DNA of 64,000 nt. It comes from the human T2T-CHM13v2.0 reference genome, Homo sapiens. The DNA is taken from NCBI RefSeq assembly GCF_009914755.1, contig NC_060929.1. One strand, given 5' to 3'. The notes under the pieces were generated by a model. It worked only from the letters and a program-made list of their open reading frames with translations. It was not told the DNA's origin and ran no database searches. The first letter of the stretch is position 1. Every line of letters begins with the position of its first letter. A program made the translations under genes and the position numbers. Below, piece by piece: positions 57,920 through 64,000 of the stretch.

Positions 57920-58697
57920 ATTTTTTTCCTTTTATTTCCAGTTGGTACATAATAATTGTACATATTTATAGGATACAGAGTGACATTTTGATACGTATAT
58001 ACAATGTATAATAATAAAATCAGGGTAATTAGCATATTCATAATCTCAAACATTTACCATTTTTGCATGGTGAACATTTAAAATCCACTCTTCTAGCTTC
58101 TTGAAAATATGTAAGAAATTATAGTTAACCATATTTATCCTACAGTGCTACAGTGCTGCAAAACACCACAACCCATTCCTCCTGTGTAGCTATAATTTCG
58201 TATCCATTAACCAACCTTTCCCCATCCTCCTTTTCCTTCACCCTTCCCAGCCTCTGATAAGCACAATACTACTTCCATGAGCTCAATAAAATTTTGTAGC
58301 TGCCGTATAAGTGAGAACATGTATTTATTTTTCTGTGCCTGACTTATTTCACTTAACATATGCCCTCCAGGCTCAGCCATACTGCCATGAATAACAGGAT
58401 TTCATTCTTTTTTATGGCTGGATAATATTCCGTTGTGCATATACACCACATTTTCTTTATCCACTCATCTGTTGATGGATATTGAGGTTGATTCCACATA
58501 GTAGCTATTGTGAATAGTGCTGCAGTAAGTATGGGAGGTGCAGGTATCACTTTGACATACTGGTTTCCTTTTCTTTGGATAAATGCCCAATAGTGGAATT
58601 GCTGGATGATATGGTAGTTCTATTTGTAGTTTTTTGAGGGACTCCCATACTGTTTTCCTTAGTGGCAGTGCTAATTTACATGCCCACCAACAGCATT
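57920..58697 (-). mobile_element. L1MA-like 3' fragment
   Basis: Antisense ORF2 C-terminal remnant ([26 protein letters not shown]) plus 3'UTR. Confidence 0.8.
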
Positions 58698-58700
58698 TAT

Positions 58701-58830
58701 GGGACAGTGGCTCATGCCTGTAATCCCAGCACTTAGGGAGGCAGAGGCAGGAAGATCGCTTGAAGCCAGGAGTTCAAGACCAGCCTGGGCAACATAGCAA
58801 GACCCTGTTCTTCACAAAAAAGAAAAAAAA
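58701..58830 (+). mobile_element. Alu monomer
   Basis: gtggctcatgcctgtaatcccagcac...caagaccctg followed by an A tail. Confidence 0.8.
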
Positions 58831-60759
58831 AGCAGTTGTAGAACTCCTTTAAGTATTTCTTGTAGGACTTATCTAGTTGTAGTGTACTTCCTCAGTTTTT
58901 GCTTGTTTGGGAAATACTTTATTTCTCCTTCATTTCTGAAGTATAGCTCTGCTTGGTATAGTATTTTTGGCTGATAGTTTTAAAAAATTTCAGCACTTTG
59001 GATATATCATCTCATTCTATCCTAGCCTGTAAAGCTTCTGCTGAGAAATCTGCTGTTAGTCTGATGGGAATTTTCTTATAGGTGACTTGTCACTTTTCTT
59101 TTACCGTTTTTAGAATTCCCTCCTTGTCTTGAGTCTGGTACCGTAGACTACTCAGCCATCCTGATGCCCTACCTCTTGTATAGAAACAACCCAGATCCAA
59201 AGTGGCCAGAAAGTTACTTTACCTTCTGAATTTGTGGTCTTTTTCAGAATCTCTACCTGTTAATTCTCCATGACTTTATTAGTCATTAGATACTTTTATA
59301 ATTTTAAAATATCTCCAATTGTATGGTTGGTTCAAATTACCAGTTCTGCATACTGGTAATGTAAGTCCTCTGTTGAATTGATTTTTAAATACATTTATTT
59401 TATTCCAGTATCTTCTAGCTCCTGGTGTTGCAGATGAGAAGTTTCAAATAACTTGAAATAATTCCCTTCTATGTAATTATCCCTGATTTTGACTTTCTTT
59501 CCATAGTTATATATTTTTTCTATGCTATTATATTCTCATTTTAAAGATGTTGAATGACAATGTAATTTTCTTTTCTTTACAAGTGGTAGCTTATTTACAA
59601 GTATTTTTGAAGTTTATTTTCCTGGAAAGTTTTCTTAAATTATAGATTTTAGTATTTCTTCTGTTTTATTACTTCAGATTTCTTCTTCAATGGCTCCAAT
59701 TATATTTGTATTAGATATTCTTTGCTTTTCTTTTGTAGCTAACACTCCTAAATCCTACCTAGCTCTTTTTTAAAAAATATTTTACTTTTTATTCTTGTTT
59801 TCATCTTATAGTTTTCTTTAGGCATTATCCATAGTGTTTATATGCTGTTATGTGCCTTCTGGTTTAGTGTTTACTTCTGAAAAAATTATTTTCCTTTTTT
59901 TTAATATTTTACTGAGTTTTCTCATCTCTCTTTTCAAAGCTTTTCTTCTCCAATCATATCATTACTGAGTCTCTCTAATTCTGATTTGTGTATTCTTGCA
60001 TAGCTTTTCATTATTTTCTAAAAATGTTTAAGTTGTTTTCAAATATTACATAGCAATTTGTGGAATTTTTTTTCTTGTGTGTATTTATTTCCTTTAGTGT
60101 AATTATTTGTCCTCTCCTTTAAAAATAATTTTATATCAGATTTGCCCATAATCCTTTTCTTATGCTCATTTTTATATGAAAAGTGCTCCCCCATAATTTT
60201 AGAAGAAACAGACCAGGATAATTTTCCTATCTTTGTTGCTCTATAGATTTCTATTCAGCTATTGTCATGAAATGATAAAAATATAATTTTTTAATGTCTT
60301 ACTTTGTGACATCCTTTACCCTTTTTACTTGGACCTTTTTCCTTTGTTTAATTGTCCCCCACCCACACCATTCTGCTTCATATGGACTCAATTCCTATCA
60401 GTTCCTCCTCAGTATAGGGGTTTTTGCTACAAGAAGACATTTGTTAGTTGACAAGTTCATAGGGCTAAGACAGGTTTAGCACAATCCAATCTATTTGTAG
60501 TCCCTTCTGCTAAGTTTTGAATTTGCTTTTATTTCTAATATTTTACTGAGTTTTCTCATCTCTCTTTTCAAAGCTTTCTTTTTTTTCTTACTCAGGGATA
60601 ATTGAATTAGGACCTTCGATTTCCCCCCTTCCACCCATGACTATTGTTCTCAAATTGTTTTACTATGCTTTCCAGTGAGTACTTATTGGCACTTTTTGGA
60701 GTTCTTCAATTCTCAACACCATCAAAAGCCCCATAACCTTCTTTTGCTTCCTCCTGAGA

Positions 60760-62500
<1,741 letters not shown>

Positions 62501-62514
62501 GTTCAAAAAATATA

Positions 62515-64000
<1,486 letters not shown>

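Overview
This is primate (almost certainly human) genomic DNA from the clustered protocadherin-alpha (PCDHA) locus. The + strand carries a tandem array of single large variable exons, each encoding signal peptide, six cadherin repeats, TM and part of the cytoplasmic tail. In order they are PCDHA7 (5'-truncated by the window), PCDHA8, PCDHA9, PCDHA10, a decayed pseudogene (PCDHA14), PCDHA11, PCDHA12 and PCDHA13. Each intact exon ends at a phase-0 GT donor for splicing to constant exons outside the window. Each complete intact gene (alpha8-13) has a promoter CSE/CTCF site, and all seven intact exons have an exonic CTCF site in the FPL(E/D)GA codons. Intergenic DNA is AT-rich with many Alus, and the last 14 kb is repeat-dense intron ending in an antisense L1PA. 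The most unusual observation is a 57-bp templated copy of PCDHA13 coding sequence at 46654-46710. It is flanked by a fold-back hairpin and a 13-bp direct repeat, and is framed by AG and GTAAGT as a frame-preserving 54-nt candidate cassette exon. Also notable are near-identity of the alpha7 and alpha9 EC2-EC3 regions, cryptic in-frame internal donors and a mosaic pseudogene. Gene names come from recognising the protein sequences. Repeat boundaries and subfamilies were judged by eye and are approximate.
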